NCBI RefSeq assembly: GCF_009914755.1
Contig: NC_060932.1
Origin: the human T2T-CHM13v2.0 reference genome, Homo sapiens
Strand: one strand, 5' to 3'
DNA: 64,000 nucleotides
This document shows positions 28,031-43,130 of the stretch, one piece after another. Within the stretch, counting starts at the first letter, position 1. Each line of letters opens with the position of its first letter. A model generated the notes under the pieces. That model saw only the letters and a list, made by a program, of their open reading frames with translations. It had not been told where the DNA came from and made no database searches. A program made the translations under genes and the position numbers.

Positions 28031-30674
28031 AAGTCAGGAACTAATAACATGATCTTTATAAATCCATTTTAAAAACAATATATACTAGTATTTATGTCAA
28101 GAATGACATAAATGAAGTATATAATGGCATAATGAATTATATAAAGCATAAAGCATGCTTGTGGCTTTGGGAGCCTTGCCATTTGGTATAGTTGCATGAA
28201 TTTCTGACATGAAGGATATACTGCAGGGATCGACAAACTTTTACAGGAACCCAGCCTCTCTGCAGTGTTTGATCAATCCTCTGGAATGTTCTTCATAGAA
28301 AAATGCACATCCTATGCACATAAACACAAGATTTCACATAAAATTACAAGTGCTTTCAAAAAAGCTCATGTTAAGGACATTATACAAAGCAAAAGTCTCT
28401 GTGAAAACAGAATCATCTGCACAATTTGGAACCCCTTTCTTTGTTTCTTTTGTTCATAAGATAAAGCACTCCAATCCATAAATCAAGTAAAATTCTAAAA
28501 GCCACACTGAATTCAGGTCCCAAATATTGTCACCGCCACCTACTTAAAATGAAAGAAATAATGGAATGTGTACTATTATTCCAATCCATTTAATAAAGCA
28601 GACAATATAAATCCCTGTAAACTTCTGAACTAGAAATCATACATCAAAGCATGAAAAAACTAGAATTAAAAGGAATGTAAATTGGAAACATTTTTAAAAT
28701 CCTAAAACACAGAACATGAGTAATGTATTAATATTAATAGAGGTTAGAATTTGGAAATTTCCTCTGTTGAATAGACAAACATCATTACTAACTTATTTCT
28801 GAGAGCTAATGAATTGCATTACTGTTTATAAATTACACTTATACATTCAAATACATATTCTTGTCTGTGCATGGACAATCCAGAATTGATTGAACTTGCA
28901 CTACTTATTTCTATCTAAAACCACCTTGTAGAGGAGTCCTAATTATTGTCATACTTACTATAACTGAACGCCTCAGAACAGTCACCTCACATAAGTAGGC
29001 AATTTGTAAGATCTCTTCAACCTTTACTTGAAGAGTCTTTTATTATGATGATAAAGGGCCTGGAATCTACATTATATGATGAATAGCTCAAAGAACTCTA
29101 CTCACATAATGCTATTGTGAGTACCTCTATTAGCACTTCTTTCTCTACCGTAATTATTTGTTTACACATCTATCTTCCCACCTAGCCTGTGAGACTTCCC
29201 AGAATAGGGACTATGTTTTATGCATTTTTGTACCCATACATCTAAACATACAACCTAGTACACAGTTTGTATGCAGTAAATTTTATAATAGAAATAAGAA
29301 AGTTAATTAATTAGAAGATTAGTTACAAAGAGGTGGATTCTGCTTAACATAAGAGAGAGTAGTCTAAAAATTCACTGCATTATAAAAGTACAAGTTAAGC
29401 GAGTATTGGTCAGTAGCTACACAACCAAAATGCAGGAGATAGAAAATTCTGGTTTAGGTATAGGGTTATATGAGAAGATTTTATTAGAAGGTACAACTCT
29501 GAAGTTCTATCATTTTCTAAAATATTGTATAATATCCATGCATTACATCTCCCTCCTCACTACCCAAATGGACATATTCTAAGTGTTTTCCATACACTGT
29601 TCTTTAAATCTTCTAAAATTAATTTTCCTTCTACAAATTGACCTTCAATATCTCAAAAAAGGGGGGGGTAAAGTATTCATGAATTACTTAACAATGAAAT
29701 ATCATAGAAATGCAGGTACATACCCAACTATGAGACAGGAACATTGTTAAATATATAATTTTGAAAAACTTTTATCTGCAATGCCCAAATTTGATTTTTT
29801 GATTATCCAAGCAACTTAATTTATGCTTGATAACAATTTAAAAAATTAAGCAAATATAAATGTAAAGCCTGCAAACTTGACTTTGTCAGGACTTTGCCTT
29901 CTAGAAAAGGATTTTTAAAAATATTCCCCTTGTTTATAACACTCATTAAATAATTAGAAGCTTCCCAAAGGTTAGATAATTGAGTCTTTCCTTTAATGTT
30001 GTATGTCCATTGGACTAGAAGCTAAAAGGTAAATTTCCTCATAAAACATATTCTGTCCACTTGAACTCTTAACTGGACACACTCTTAACTTAGCATGATC
30101 TTTCCACTTCAATATTTGGTATATAAACAAGGAGAGAAATAAATACAGCAGTTAAATCTGAAACAAAGTGAAAATGGAAGGCCAGAATAAAAGCATGGAG
30201 CTTAAAACAAAGTTGGAGAGCAAGGCAAACAGTTTGGTTCAAAAGAGAGAGTCCAGAAACTGAGAGCAGAGGGCCTTAAAAACATTTAGTTTGACTCTCT
30301 GAGATGCAGAAAGTGATGGTTAAGGGGTTGTCACCATGAGGAACCAGAACAGAAGAGCAGTGAAGCAGAAGGGTTTGCAAATGTGTGTCCCAGAAAACAG
30401 GGGTCAGTCTCAGGAAGAGAATTGAAACAGGGAGGACTAAGCTGACACGAAGGCTAAGTCGGATCCGGAAACCCAAAAGTAAGCTCACTTTACATATGCA
30501 CACATCCATAAATAAAGCTTTCTGCCCCGTTTCCTGCAGCAAGATAAATGACTGTGGGGTATAACCTGTTTAATCCTGTTCTTTACCAAAGGGGAGGAAA
30601 GTTGGTAGGATCAACTCAAATTCTGACATATGCTACAGGCTCCACTCTCAGACAGATAAAAGTAGGTATTTTTT

Positions 30675-31084
30675 TGTCTTAGTTCATTTAGTGTTGTTAT
30701 GACAGAATACCTGAGGCTGAGTAATTTAGAAAGAAAAGAGGTTTATTTGGCTCATCATTCTGCAGTCTGGGGAGTTTCAAGGGCATGATGCTGGCTTCTG
30801 GTGAGGGCTTTCCTGCTGTCTTATATCATGGCAGAAAGTCACAGGAGAGTGCAAAGGGCCAGACACGTATCCTTCCTTGATAACAACCTACTCTCTTGGG
30901 AAACTACTCTATTCCCAAGAGAGCAATAACTCACTCACCCCCTAGAAGTAGTGTTAATCTATTCATGACAAATCCATCCCCATGATCCAAACCCCACCCT
31001 CTAGGCACTTCCCAACACTGCCACTTTGGGGATTAAGTTTTGATGGGAGTTTTGATGGGCACAAACCACATCCAAACCATAGCG
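30675..31084 (-). mobile_element. MST-type (ERVL-MaLR) solo LTR
   Basis: tgtcttagttcatttagtgttg..gtaatttagaaagaaaagaggtttatttggctca...aaaccacatccaaaccatagc, the reverse of an MST LTR. Confidence 0.85.
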
Positions 31085-32418
31085 GTTCTCTTTTACTAAT
31101 ATGGGCTTTGGGGGTAGGTAGCAGGTGTGGTGTAAAGCAGCACTAAAAAGGATTTCTGGCTCACACAATCAGTGATGAATAATACTTAAAATTCTGAACA
31201 GCGAGGACACCACAAGTACCTACCAATCAGAGCAGACACTCCAAATATTAGAGCGATTATGAATGAATGACCAGTACCAAGGTGCAGTGCATGAGTCCTG
31301 CAATCAGCCCATGAACACAGCTCTTAGGATGAAAAGGACCTCAATTTCCTTGACTCAGTCTCCCACAGCCAAAAGGCCAGCTATTTCCTGGATTTCTTTT
31401 ACTTTTCCAGAGTCCTCCTGAGGTTCATTTTGGCCTCTTTTAGAAAAGAAAGTAGGGCAGATGACACATGGTAGGCGGAACTTTGTATTTTATCTGTCCC
31501 AAGTTCTGAAAACGTATAGAACTATGTATATGACAAGAGAATAAAAAGTAAATATAACACAAAAGTAAGGGAAGCTTCATTCGATTAATCAATGGAAGTG
31601 GCGAAAGGAAATAGAAGGCTATTTGTTTTATTATTTGATTGGTCTGGTTTTCTCACTGGATTGACGTTTATGTTAGTGAGCATGTAAGGATAAGAACCAT
31701 ATATATTTTGCTTAGGAATCATTGTATCTCTAGTGCTTAGAACACAGTAAACACTTAATAAATTTTTCCATTCTCTCAGCTTTTTTAACCAGTAAACACT
31801 TCTTCTCTCACACTCTCTTTCTCTCTCTCTCCCTTTGAAGAACTTTTATTTCTGACAGTAAAATAGGTTACTTTTTTTATTAATCCTACCAATAGAAACA
31901 ACAAAAATTTTCTGAATAAAATATATTTTTAAAACCTGCTAAATGCAATGATGGATAGAAAGAAAATAACAAATAATTAGAAATGAACACCAGGCAAAAG
32001 CAAGAATTTACAAAATTCGGTGAATTTCAACTTTGATTTTCAGGCTTTCATCTGTGATTTGAGATGGAGAATACAAAAGAGAGGTTAAGAGATGGGGAGC
32101 GTAAAGAGAGCAGGGTTTAAAAACATATAGACAGACATTCAGAAAGAGATAGGAAAGAGAATGAGAGAGAGGTAATATTTGACAAGATAATGGCAAACCA
32201 TTTTCCAAAGCTAAAAATACACTGAGTTACAGACCCTGGAAAAGTAACAAATTCCAAACAGTACATATAAAAGGAAACTTCTATCTAGAGAAAAAGAATG
32301 CCAAAGCAAAAACAAGTTCTTAACAATAGTCAGAAAATAAAGAAAAATGGAAGGGACAAGAATTGGACTCAAAGTTGGCTTATTTACCGGAAATGAAAGC
32401 TCTAAGTCTTTTGAATGA

Positions 32419-32958
32419 TGTGGTAGGTAGAATTCTAGGTGTGTAGTCAATCCAACATTGCTGTGAAGAGATTTTTCAGATGTAATTAAGACCCCAAATC
32501 AGTTAGCCTTAAAATAGGAAGACTAGGTATGCCTGACCTAATCATATAAACTCTTTAAATCTGGGTCTAGAAGTCAGAGACAGAGGAAGTCAGAAACGTG
32601 AACCATGAGATTTGACATGCAGAAGCTGGTTTAAATGTGAGGGACATTACACAGCAGGCAATGTGGGCAGCCTCTAAGCACCGAGAGCAGCCCCTAACTG
32701 ACAGCTTGCAAGGAAACAGATAGAACCTCAAGGAACTGAATTTTGTCAACAAGAATGAGCTTGAAAGCAGATTTTTTTCCAGAGCATGCAGAATAAAACT
32801 CAAACTAGTCAACACTCTGATTTTAGCCTTTATATACCATTATCAAAGAAACCAACTACACCATGCCAGACTAGGTAGAACCTTTACCTAGTAAATGGCA
32901 GCTGTTTAAACTTCTCTATTTGTGGTAATTTGTTGCACAGAGAGAGAAAACTAACACA
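32419..32958 (+). mobile_element. MLT1D/MLT1E-type solo LTR
   Basis: tgtggtaggtagaattcta..cagatgtaattaagaccccaaatcagttagccttaaaatagg...tttgtggtaatttgttgcacag..aaaactaacaca, with TG...CA ends. Confidence 0.85.
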
Positions 32959-33467
32959 GATAATTTCAGTGTGCTATGAAAAAATGATTATAAGCCTAGA
33001 AATGTCTACTCATCAAAAGCGTATTTCAAAACTTAGGGTACAATAGACAAACAAACGATAAAAGTTATCCCTGAAAAGAACTTTCCAATGAAAAAATCAT
33101 TGCTAATAGAAATTATAAAAGATATACTTTGAGTAGATGGAGTGGGGCCCAGACAGTGCTGTGAGATGCACAAAGGGATGGAAAAAAAGTAAGTGATGCA
33201 TTTGTGAATATATTTAAACTGACATTAACTACAGAACATTTTTAAATAGATTTTTTAAATGATAACATTAAAACATATAATAACATTAGTATATGTCAGA
33301 AAAGGGGTGATAACTGTTAAAGGGTCCAGTATTAGCTTTATAGTTTGATTTTTTTTAATGTATCTAAAATTTCTAGAGTAATCTCCAAATTCATCCACAA
33401 ATCATAAAGATAGAGTGAATAACTTAGAATGTTACTAAAGGGAAAATTTTGAGTGAGAAGAAAAATA

Positions 33468-33871
<404 letters not shown>

Positions 33872-34775
33872 TTAATTCAAAACGATTGACTAAATACCAT
33901 GGCTAATGAACAAATACACTAAGACTGTTATTGAAAATCCAGCCACATGTCATTTTCAAGACACATATCTAAAACATGAAGATACATAAGGGTTAAAAAT
34001 AAATCGTTGCTAAAATAATTGTTTATCAAAAGAAAACTGGTAAGGGTATTTTAGCAACAATAAAATAGTGTGAAAATCAGAAAATATTACCAAGAAATAA
34101 AGAAGATAAAGAGATCAAAAATCAGAAAGAGGAGAAAAGTTTTATTTTGTAAGAAGATATGATCCTGAACGTATAAGTACCTACTAAAATAACCTCAAAA
34201 TAATAAAGTAAAAATGATCAAAATTTTAAGGAGAAACAGATAAAATCATCATCACACTGGAATATTTTAATACAACTTTTTAAGTAACTAATAGATCAAG
34301 GAGCTAAAGTAAAAAGAAAACAAAATATCTGAATGAAATAATTGGTATGTTTCATCTAATGACCATATAGTTTTACTCTAAAACTAGATAATGTACAGAT
34401 TTAAGCACATAATATTACATTTATGAAAGCTCTTCACAGGCTGGGCCATAAACTAAATCTTTATATATTTCAGGAAATTAGTATACAAATCAAATTTTCT
34501 GACCACAATGCAAATAAGTAAGAAATCAATAAGCAAAAGATAATTAGAAAAAGTTGAAAATAAAAACAAGCTTTGAAATTATGAAACACCTTATAAGTAG
34601 TGAATACATCAAATAAATAAATGTAAAGTATTTTAAATTAAATTATCATGAACCTATGAAATACTGCCAAAGTGGTACTTTAAGGTCTATCTATAGCCAT
34701 GAGTGTTTATAGAAAAAAACTAAAAATTAATAAGCTAAGAATATCTGTTAGACTAGAAAAAGAAAAACCAAATCA

Positions 34776-35075
34776 GGCCAGGTGTTGTGGCTCACACCTG
34801 TAATCCCAGCACTTTGGGAGGCCGAGGCGGGCGGATCACGAGGTCAACAGATCGAGATCATACTGGCTAACACGGTGAAACCCCATCTCTGCTAAAAATA
34901 TAAAAAATTAGCCGGGCGTGGTGGCGGGCACCTGTGGTCCCAGCTACTCAGGAGGCTGAGGCAGGAGAATGGCGTGGACCCGGGAGGCGGAGCTTACAGT
35001 GAGCCGAGATTGTGCCACTGCACTCCAGCCTGGGCGACAGAACGAAACTCCGTATAAAAAAAAAAAAAAAAAAAA
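34776..35075 (+). mobile_element. AluY
   Basis: ggagaatggcgtggacccgggaggcggagctt diagnostics and a pure A tail. aaaccaaat on both flanks. Confidence 0.93.
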
Positions 35076-36119
35076 ATCAAACCAAATAATGCAGAAGAAA
35101 GCAACCAATAAAGATAAGTGCAAAAATAAAAAAATGGAAAGCAAGCGTGCAATAGAGAAGATCAACAAAGTTATCTGGGAAAATAAGATAGACAACACTC
35201 TGGGAAGATTAATCAAATGAGGGGGGAATGGTACAAACAAATAGTAATAGGAAATGAGGAAGAAAAATAAATATAGATTCTGAAGAGATAAAAACTATAT
35301 AAAAGAAAATAAATATAATACCTATGAATGAATTTAAGGAAAGTATATGACACAAATGAACCAAACTAAAAAACACAAACAAAAACTTGAAAAAATGGAA
35401 AAACATTTAAATTATCGATACAAAGATTCAACAGACCAATGCTCTCATTTTCATAATTTCATATGATCCTTCAAAAATACCAAGTTTTATTAATAGACAA
35501 GCTGATTATAAACTTCATATTAAAAAATAAAAATTAAATCTGAAAAACCTAAAACAATGAGAGAGAACTAGTTATAATATTTTAATAACTATGTGGCCTC
35601 AACTATGAATAGACAGATCAAAACAACAGATAAGGAAATCCAGATCTCCTGTGCATTTTGGAACTTAGAAAAAGATTAAAATGACATCTCAAACTTATGA
35701 AGAAAAGACGAATTACATAATTAATTGTGTTGAGTGGTCATCTGGATACAATTAAGTTAGATTCATACCTCTTATCATACACTAAAGATAAATTTTGAAT
35801 GGATTAAGTTTCTATAATTTTTTAAAACAGCAAAACATGGGAAAAAAATTTTTATAAAGTGAGAGTGAAAGAGGTCATTTTAACTAAGATTCAAAATCCA
35901 GAATCTATCAAAGAAAATATGGGTAGATGCTACTACATGAAAAACAAAATATTTGTTAGCAAGAAAAATTATAAAACACATAAAAATAAAAATTAAACCT
36001 GGAAAATATGTTTTCAGCCCCTACCAAAGTTAATTTTGGTGATATATTGAATTTATCAATATTGCTAAGAAAAAGACCTATGATCCAACAGAATATATGT
36101 GCAAAGAAAAGATGCAATA

Positions 36120-37350
36120 AAAAAGGACATGGAGAAACCCTTCAGAACATGATATTTAGCAAACACGTGATATTTAGCAAAGATCTCAAAAAACACAGGC
36201 AACAAAAATAAATGGAGATAAATTGGATTATATCAAGCTGAAAAGATGCTAAACAGCAAAATAAACCATTAACAGAATGAAGAGACAACCCACAGAATGG
36301 GAGGAAATATTTGCAAACTTTCCGTCAAACAAGGGATTAATAACCAGGATATATGACAAATTCAATTCAACAGCAAGAAAACAAATAATCTGATTACAAA
36401 GTGGGCAAATGATGTGAACATACATTTCTCAAAAGAAGACATAAACTCGGCCAAGAAATATACAAAAAAATGTTCAACATCACTAATCAGGAAAATGCAA
36501 ATCAAAACCACAATGAAATATCATTTCACCCCAGTTAAAATGACTATAATCAAAAACACAAAGGATAAATACCGGTGAGGATGTAGAGAAAAGAGAACTC
36601 TCATACACTGTTGGTGGAAATGTAAATTAGTACAGACATTATGAAAAACAGTATGAAGTTTCCTCAAAAACTAAACATAGAACTACCACATGATCCAACA
36701 ATCCCACTGCTGGTATGTATCCAGAAGAAAGGAAATCAGTAATATCAAATAAATATCTGCTCCCATGTTCACTGCATTCACAAAAGCCAAAATATGGAAT
36801 CAACCTGAGTGCCCATCAACAGATGAACAGATTTTTATAATGTGGTATATATATATATATGTAAAATGAACAATAGAATATTATTCAGCCATAAAAAAGG
36901 AAATCCTGTCACAACAACATGGATGGAAATGGAGGACATTATATTAAGTGAAATAAGTCAGGCACAGAAAGAAATTTATCGCATGTTTTCACATGTGGGA
37001 GCTAAAACAGTTTGTCTCATGGAGGTAGAAGGCACATTGGTGGTTACTAGAGACTGAGAAGGGTAATGGAAAGGGGAGAGGAACAGAAATTGCTGAATGG
37101 GTCCAAAAATACAGTTACAGTATTCAACAGGAATACTGGAATAAGTTACAGTGTTCAACAGAATAGTAGGGTAACAATGATTATTAATTTATTGTATATT
37201 TCAAAATACCTAGAAGATTTGGAATCATCCCCAAACAAAGATGTTTGAGGTAATGTATATCCCAATTACTCAGATTTGATCATTACACATTGTATGCATG
37301 TATCAAAATATCACCTGTACTCCACAAATATATATAATAATGAGTTAATA
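36120..37350 (+). mobile_element. L1MA-type 5'-truncated 3' end
   Basis: ORF2 C-terminal region (caaatcaaaaccacaatgaaatatc) and 3' UTR gatttgatcattacacattgtatgcatgtatcaaaatatcacctgtac. Confidence 0.85.
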
Positions 37351-37822
37351 AAAGAGGAAGAAAAAACATTTTGTAAAACATATAAAAATATGTACAACCT
37401 CTCTTCATCATGGGAGATTCATAATAAATGTACAATGAGAAACCATGTTTCTTTCTCTCAGATAAAATGCTGAAAATTGTGAAGGTACTGAGCAACAGGC
37501 ACTCTCACATTGCCACTGTCTATGAAATCCGCATGATAGACAATGGGTCAATATCTATCAATACCTTGTGACCAAGAAATTCCCTCTTAAGAATCTATCT
37601 TTGGATACACTTGCACATATAAAATATAACTTATATAAAAGGCAGTTCATTTTTATAACTTACATAAAAGGCAGCATTTTTACAATACCACTAAATTAGA
37701 AACAACCTGCATGTTCATTCACACAATACATATTTATGCAGCTGTAAAAATAAATAAATTTATATCTCTGCATATATGTGAAACAATCTATCAGGTATAT
37801 TTTAATATAAAAAAGGAAATTG

Positions 37823-38112
37823 GGCTGGGAACAGTGGCTTATACCTGTAACCTGGGCACTTTGGGAAGCCAAGACATGAGGGTCACTGGAACCCAGGGGT
37901 TTCAGACCAGCCTAGGCAACAAAGAAAACGTTGTCTCTACAAAAACATAAAAAGTAAATAAAAAATTAACTAGACATGGTGATGTGCACCTGTAGTCCCA
38001 GCTACTTGGGAGGCTCAGGCAGGAAGATTACTCGTTCCTAGAAGTTTAAGGCTGCAGTGAGCCATGATTGCACCACTGCACACCACCCTAGGCAACACCT
38101 AGTGTAAAAAAA
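37823..38112 (+). mobile_element. AluJ, decayed
   Basis: Dimer with aagtttaaggctgcagtgagccatgattgcaccactgca. Confidence 0.88.
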
Positions 38113-38139
38113 ATTTTTTTTTTTGCTTATACATGTCTA

Positions 38140-38335
38140 AAGCACTGTAGTCAAATAGAAATAGTATGTGAGCCACAAATGCAAATTTCATGTATAATTT
38201 TAAGCTTTCTAAAGTTTAATAGTATATTTTTAACCCAGTATATCTATTTCAACATATAGTCAATATGAAAATTATTAATGAACTACTTTGGCACTTGTCC
38301 CTAGTGGCTTAACATATTGATCAGCACTAGCCTAC
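38140..38335. mobile_element. MER33/MER3-like hAT-Charlie fragment
   Basis: gcactgtagtcaaatagaaatagtatgtgagccaca..taattttaagctttcta..aacccagtatatc. Confidence 0.6.
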
Positions 38336-38419
38336 AGGATAATAAGAAGTAATAGCAATGATTACAAAACTTGGGAACTGTATGAAAAGGAAATAATCAT
38401 GGGAATGGACATCCAGCAA

Positions 38420-39900
38420 TTGACTACATTACATACTTTAAAAGTAAGTTAATAAATTGAATTTTAAAAATAAAGAATATTGTAAATAACAAGTTAATTA
38501 ATTTAAAATTTAGATAACATGAACAAATTGTTAGCCTACTAAACCTGCTCAAGAAAGAATAGAAAACAAATAGCCCCAAATCAGTTAAGAAACTAGATTA
38601 GTAGTTTAACATCTCTGCATAAGAAAAAAATACATGAATGCTTATACTGATAAGAAAAAGAAAGAACACTTTTCTCCTCCCTGTAAGAATAGGATATTCT
38701 TCGTACCTAAGCCTGATCAGCATGAAAGAGGAAAGTAAAGACAAATCTCACTCATGAACATAAATGTAAAAGTCTAAAACAAAATACCAAAAAACATAAA
38801 TCAAGCAATATAAAAAGATAATATACCATTACTATGCTGGATTTATCCCAGAAATGCAAAGTTGTTTAATACTAAAAATATAAATTGATATAATTAATCA
38901 TATTAATATATTATTAGAGAGATTTCATATGATCATCTTAGTAGATGCAGAAAAATCATTTGATAAAATCCAACATTCATTTCATGATTTAAAAAGCTTG
39001 GAAACACTTGCAAAATTGGGAATAGAATAACACTTCCTTAGCTTGATAAATACTAGCTCCCAAAACCTATACCTATATAGTAAGCTTTATGGTATAGTAT
39101 AGTAACCTATAGTATAGTAAAGCTTTATAGTAAATCTATGCAGGAAAAGTTTAGTGGTAAAAATAAGAAACAGGTAAAAGATGACTTCTTCTACCACATC
39201 TATTCAACATCATACTGACAATCATAAACAGTGCAGTAGGTAAGAAAATAAATGAAATATGTAAGAATTAGAAGAACAAGAACTGGTTTTTGTTACATAC
39301 AGAAGATGTGAGTGCCTAGATAACTATTTAGAATTAATGGGAAAGATTAGCAGATTTCTAAATTAAAAAAAATCAACATAAAAGGTCAATTGCATTTCTA
39401 TATGTCAGAAACTTACAGCTAGGAAATGTAATTTTTAATTACGATCAAAAAGTATAAAATATCAAGAAATAAATTTAACAAAGTTTGCATAATAAATTCT
39501 TGGAGAATATTTGAAAATATTTTTGGTCACTAAAGAAGACAAATAATTAGAGAGATAACCATTGTGTTCATTTATTGGAAGACTAGTCAAAAGATTCCAA
39601 ATTGATTTATAAATTCAATTGTATTTCCAATATTTGGTTGATGTTTTTATTAAAATGGACTATTAACTTATATCTCACACAAAACTGCAAGCTACATTCA
39701 ATTACAGGTACATTAAAGATGTAAATGTAACAAACAAGGCAATAAAACTTATAGAAACAATATAGGAAAATAACTTTATGGCATCACAGTAAAGGATAAT
39801 TTCTTAAACAAGGGGAAAAAAAACACAAGCCACAAAGGGAATGATTGATTAATATGACTTCCTTTAAAATAAGAATTTCTGTCTTTAAAACAACATAAAG
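38420..39900 (+). mobile_element. Ancient L1M ORF2 relic
   Basis: atgatcatcttagtagatgcagaaaaatcatttgataaaatccaacattc (RT motif DAEKxFD) and tctattcaacatcatact. Confidence 0.75.
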
Positions 39901-40334
39901 AAAGTGATGTACTCCAAAAAGTGATGTCCAAAAGTGCTATAATGGGCTCTAGTGGCCGGCTAAGGTCATTTATGTATCCAACTTTTGGAGAATACATAAA
40001 TGACCTTAGCCAACCACTAACAATGATTACAAAAGGTGCCCATATAGCACCTTTGGACAAATTAGGAAAGGCATCATTCCTTAATTTTTTTTGTTAGTAT
40101 CATTTTGTAGAACTTGAACAGTTCTAATTGGGAAGCCTTCCAATGCCTCAGTAGACATAATCTCTGGCTTCACATCCCTACATCCCATACTGTCATGTAT
40201 ACACACACTTGCCTTCAACCAGATTCTGGGGCACACATACCAGCAATACACACACTTCATGCCCTCTTTTGACCTCCAGATGAGGCCATCATTTTAGGTA
40301 GAGGTAGAAATCAAGCCTCCAAAATTGGAGACAG

Positions 40335-41625
40335 CATATAAAAATCAACTCAAATGGACTAAAAACTTAACTGGAAAATCCAAAACTGTAAAACTGCTAG
40401 AATAAAATAAGAAAAAAAACTCCATGTTATTAATCTAGACCATGGTTTTTTTTGACTACGACCCCAAAAGCACAGGCAACAGGCAACAAAAGCAAAAATA
40501 GACAGAAAACTTCTGCACAGCAAAGGAAACAGTCAACAGTGTGAAGGGACGATCTATGAAATGAGATAAAATATTTGTCAACTATACATCTGATGAAGGG
40601 TTAATATGTAAAATACATAAGGAACTCAAACAATTCAATAACAGTGAAACAAAAATCCAGTTAAAAGATGGCAAAGGACCTGAATAAACGTTTTTCAAAA
40701 GAAGACATACACAGGGCCAACAGGTATATGAAAAAATGTCCAACATTACTAATCATTAGGGGAATGCAAATTAAAACCACAATGAAGTATCACCTCACAC
40801 CTGTTAGATTGGCTATTATCAAAAAGGTAAAAAAAAAATAACAAATACTGGCAAGGATGTGAAGAAACGGGAACCTTTGCACACAGCTGGCAGGAATGTA
40901 AACTGGATTTATGGGAAACAGTATGGAGGTTTCTCAAAAAATTAAAAATAGAATGACCATATGATATAGCAATCTCGCTACTTATATATCCAAGGGAAAT
41001 TAGATCAGTATGTCAAAGTGATATCTGCATGCCCCTGTCCATGGCAGCATTATTCACAATAACCAAGATATGGAATCAACCTAAATGTCCATCAACAGAT
41101 AGATTTTTAAAATGTGGTATGTATACACAATAATTACATTTAGCCTTTCCTATCATTTACAACAACATGGATAAACCTGAAGGATGTTATGTTAAATGTA
41201 ATGTGCCACGCACAAAAATACAAATATTGCTTGATCTTACCTATATGTGTAATCTAAAAGAGTTGAATTAGAAGCAGAGAGTAGAATGTTGGTTACCAGT
41301 AGAGTAGAATGTAGTGTGGTGGAATGGGGTGAACTGAGGAAGTGTTGGTCAAAGGACACAAAATTTCAGTTACACAGAAGAAATAAACTCAAGAATTTAT
41401 TGTACAACTTGTTGACTATAGTTAATAATAATGTATTGTACACTTGAAAGTTGCTGAGAATCAATTTTATGTGTTCTCACCATAACAAAATAAGGGTGAG
41501 AGGTAATGCATATGCTGGTTAGCTTGATTTAGCCATTCCTCAATGTCTAAATACATATTTTCAAAACATCATTTTGTATACAATAAATATATATAATGTT
41601 TATTTGTCCATTAAAAATTGTTTAA
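40335..41625 (+). mobile_element. L1MA-type 5'-truncated 3' end
   Basis: aaaatcaactcaaatggactaaaaactta through the 3' UTR gaagcagagagtagaatg..gtcaaaggacacaaaatttcagtta..gaggtaatgcatatgctggttagcttgatttagccattc. Confidence 0.88.
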
Positions 41626-41999
41626 ACAATAATGAAAACTGGTTATAATAGAGTATAAGTAGGCCTAAATAGAGGTTCTGAGAATATTAGACATGGTTCT
41701 GAGAATATTAGAAAAATTATGAGTAGTTGAGCATGATGTTGTGTACAGGGGGTAGAAGACTAGTTGATAGGGGTGCTGGGAAGGTGATTTATAGCCAGAT
41801 GATTAAGTGTCTGAGTGAAAAAATTTAGAGCCAAAGGAGACATATTGATCCTGAGGTAAAGATGTGGACAACAGTTTTAAACAAATGCCTACAGAGCCTA
41901 GTACAACCGTAGGCACAACTGTAGGCAAAAAATGTACGAACAGGATTTGCATATTTTTTTTTTTGGAAGAAAAGCAGAATGTGGAAATTTTAAGGCCTG

Positions 42000-42410
42000 C
42001 AGACACTATTGATGTCTGTCCCATTTCACACACATGCTGACTTTAAGAGCCCGTGTCTCTGTGCTTCTCTGTCTGAGAACTTCCTCTAGTGCTACAAGAA
42101 CTTATGCAGTCCATGCTCAGGGCTGCCTAGATGTGAAAGATTTAATGCCACGGGGCAAACTTCAACAAAATAAGAGACAGAAAACTGTGGATAAATACTC
42201 CACTTCCCTACCTATTGAGGGAAAATTCTGAGGCAAATTCTAAATGATTTCTGAGATCATCCTCAGTGGAATTGAGACCGAGGTGTTCACGGTATTAATT
42301 CATCCATTAATGTACAATGTATTGATATTTCTCCCTTCTCTGTTTCATTTCCCCACTCCATCACTAGTACTTCCTGAGATCATTTTCAAATAAATTCCCT
42401 GCACCCTTTC
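42000..42410 (+). mobile_element. LTR16-like (ERVL) solo LTR
   Basis: gtggataaatactccacttccc..attctgaggc..ctcagtggaattgagacc..ctcccttctctgtttcatttccccactcc..cttcctgagatcattttcaaataaattccctgcacc. Confidence 0.7.
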
Positions 42411-42699
42411 CTCAAAAAAATTGGAGGCAGGAGAGAGAAGCAATAGAAATGACTTCAGGTGAAGCCAGAGCTCAGTAAATGCTTTCATAGTGTTTGCTTT
42501 CCCAAATGTGTATATGGTTATTTGTAGTAGCTGTGTGTACTCCTGTGGGATTTTGAAGGAATTGGCTCTCCCTCACTATTTCAGGACTAGGCCTTGCCTG
42601 CACATTGATATAATTGATCAAACATGAATGGTGTGTCTTCAGATGTGCCATCTTGTGTAATATATAACCAATCCTGTATGTCCACAGTATGTGTATGCT

Positions 42700-43130
42700 G
42701 CCCCTGTAAACTTCTTATAAATCAAGAAAAACAACCTAATAGAAAATGGGCAAAAGACATGAGCAGGCACCTTACAAAAAGGAAAATGCCAAATGAACAT
42801 ATGAGAATATGCTTAATCTCATTAGTAACTAGGGAAATGCACATTAACACCATATCACGATTCTAGTTCACACCCACTGATTTGGCAAAATTAAAGCCTA
42901 CCAAATTTTTGCAAGGCTATGGCATAATGGGAGTGCCAATGGTAGGAATGTAAATTGGTACATTCACTTTGGAAAATAATTTTGTATTAAAGTAAAAAAA
43001 AAGTTCATACTTTAAGATTCAGCAATTCTATTTTGAGATATAAACCCTTGCCCAGGAGCACCAGTACAATGTTCAAGAATGCTCATTGTAATCCAAATTA
43101 TAATACCAAATAACTAAAAATGGGAAGATA
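42700..43130 (+). mobile_element. L1ME-type 3' ORF2 fragment
   Basis: aatagaaaatgggcaaaagacatgagcaggcac..ggaatgtaaattggtacattcactttggaaaataattt. Confidence 0.75.

Noticed and set aside
41674-41712. Two-copy duplication ggttctgagaatattaga (similar pairs at ~36150-36182 and ~43996-44035)
   Set aside because: Ordinary slippage duplications. They have only two copies and no spacer array, so they are not CRISPR-like.
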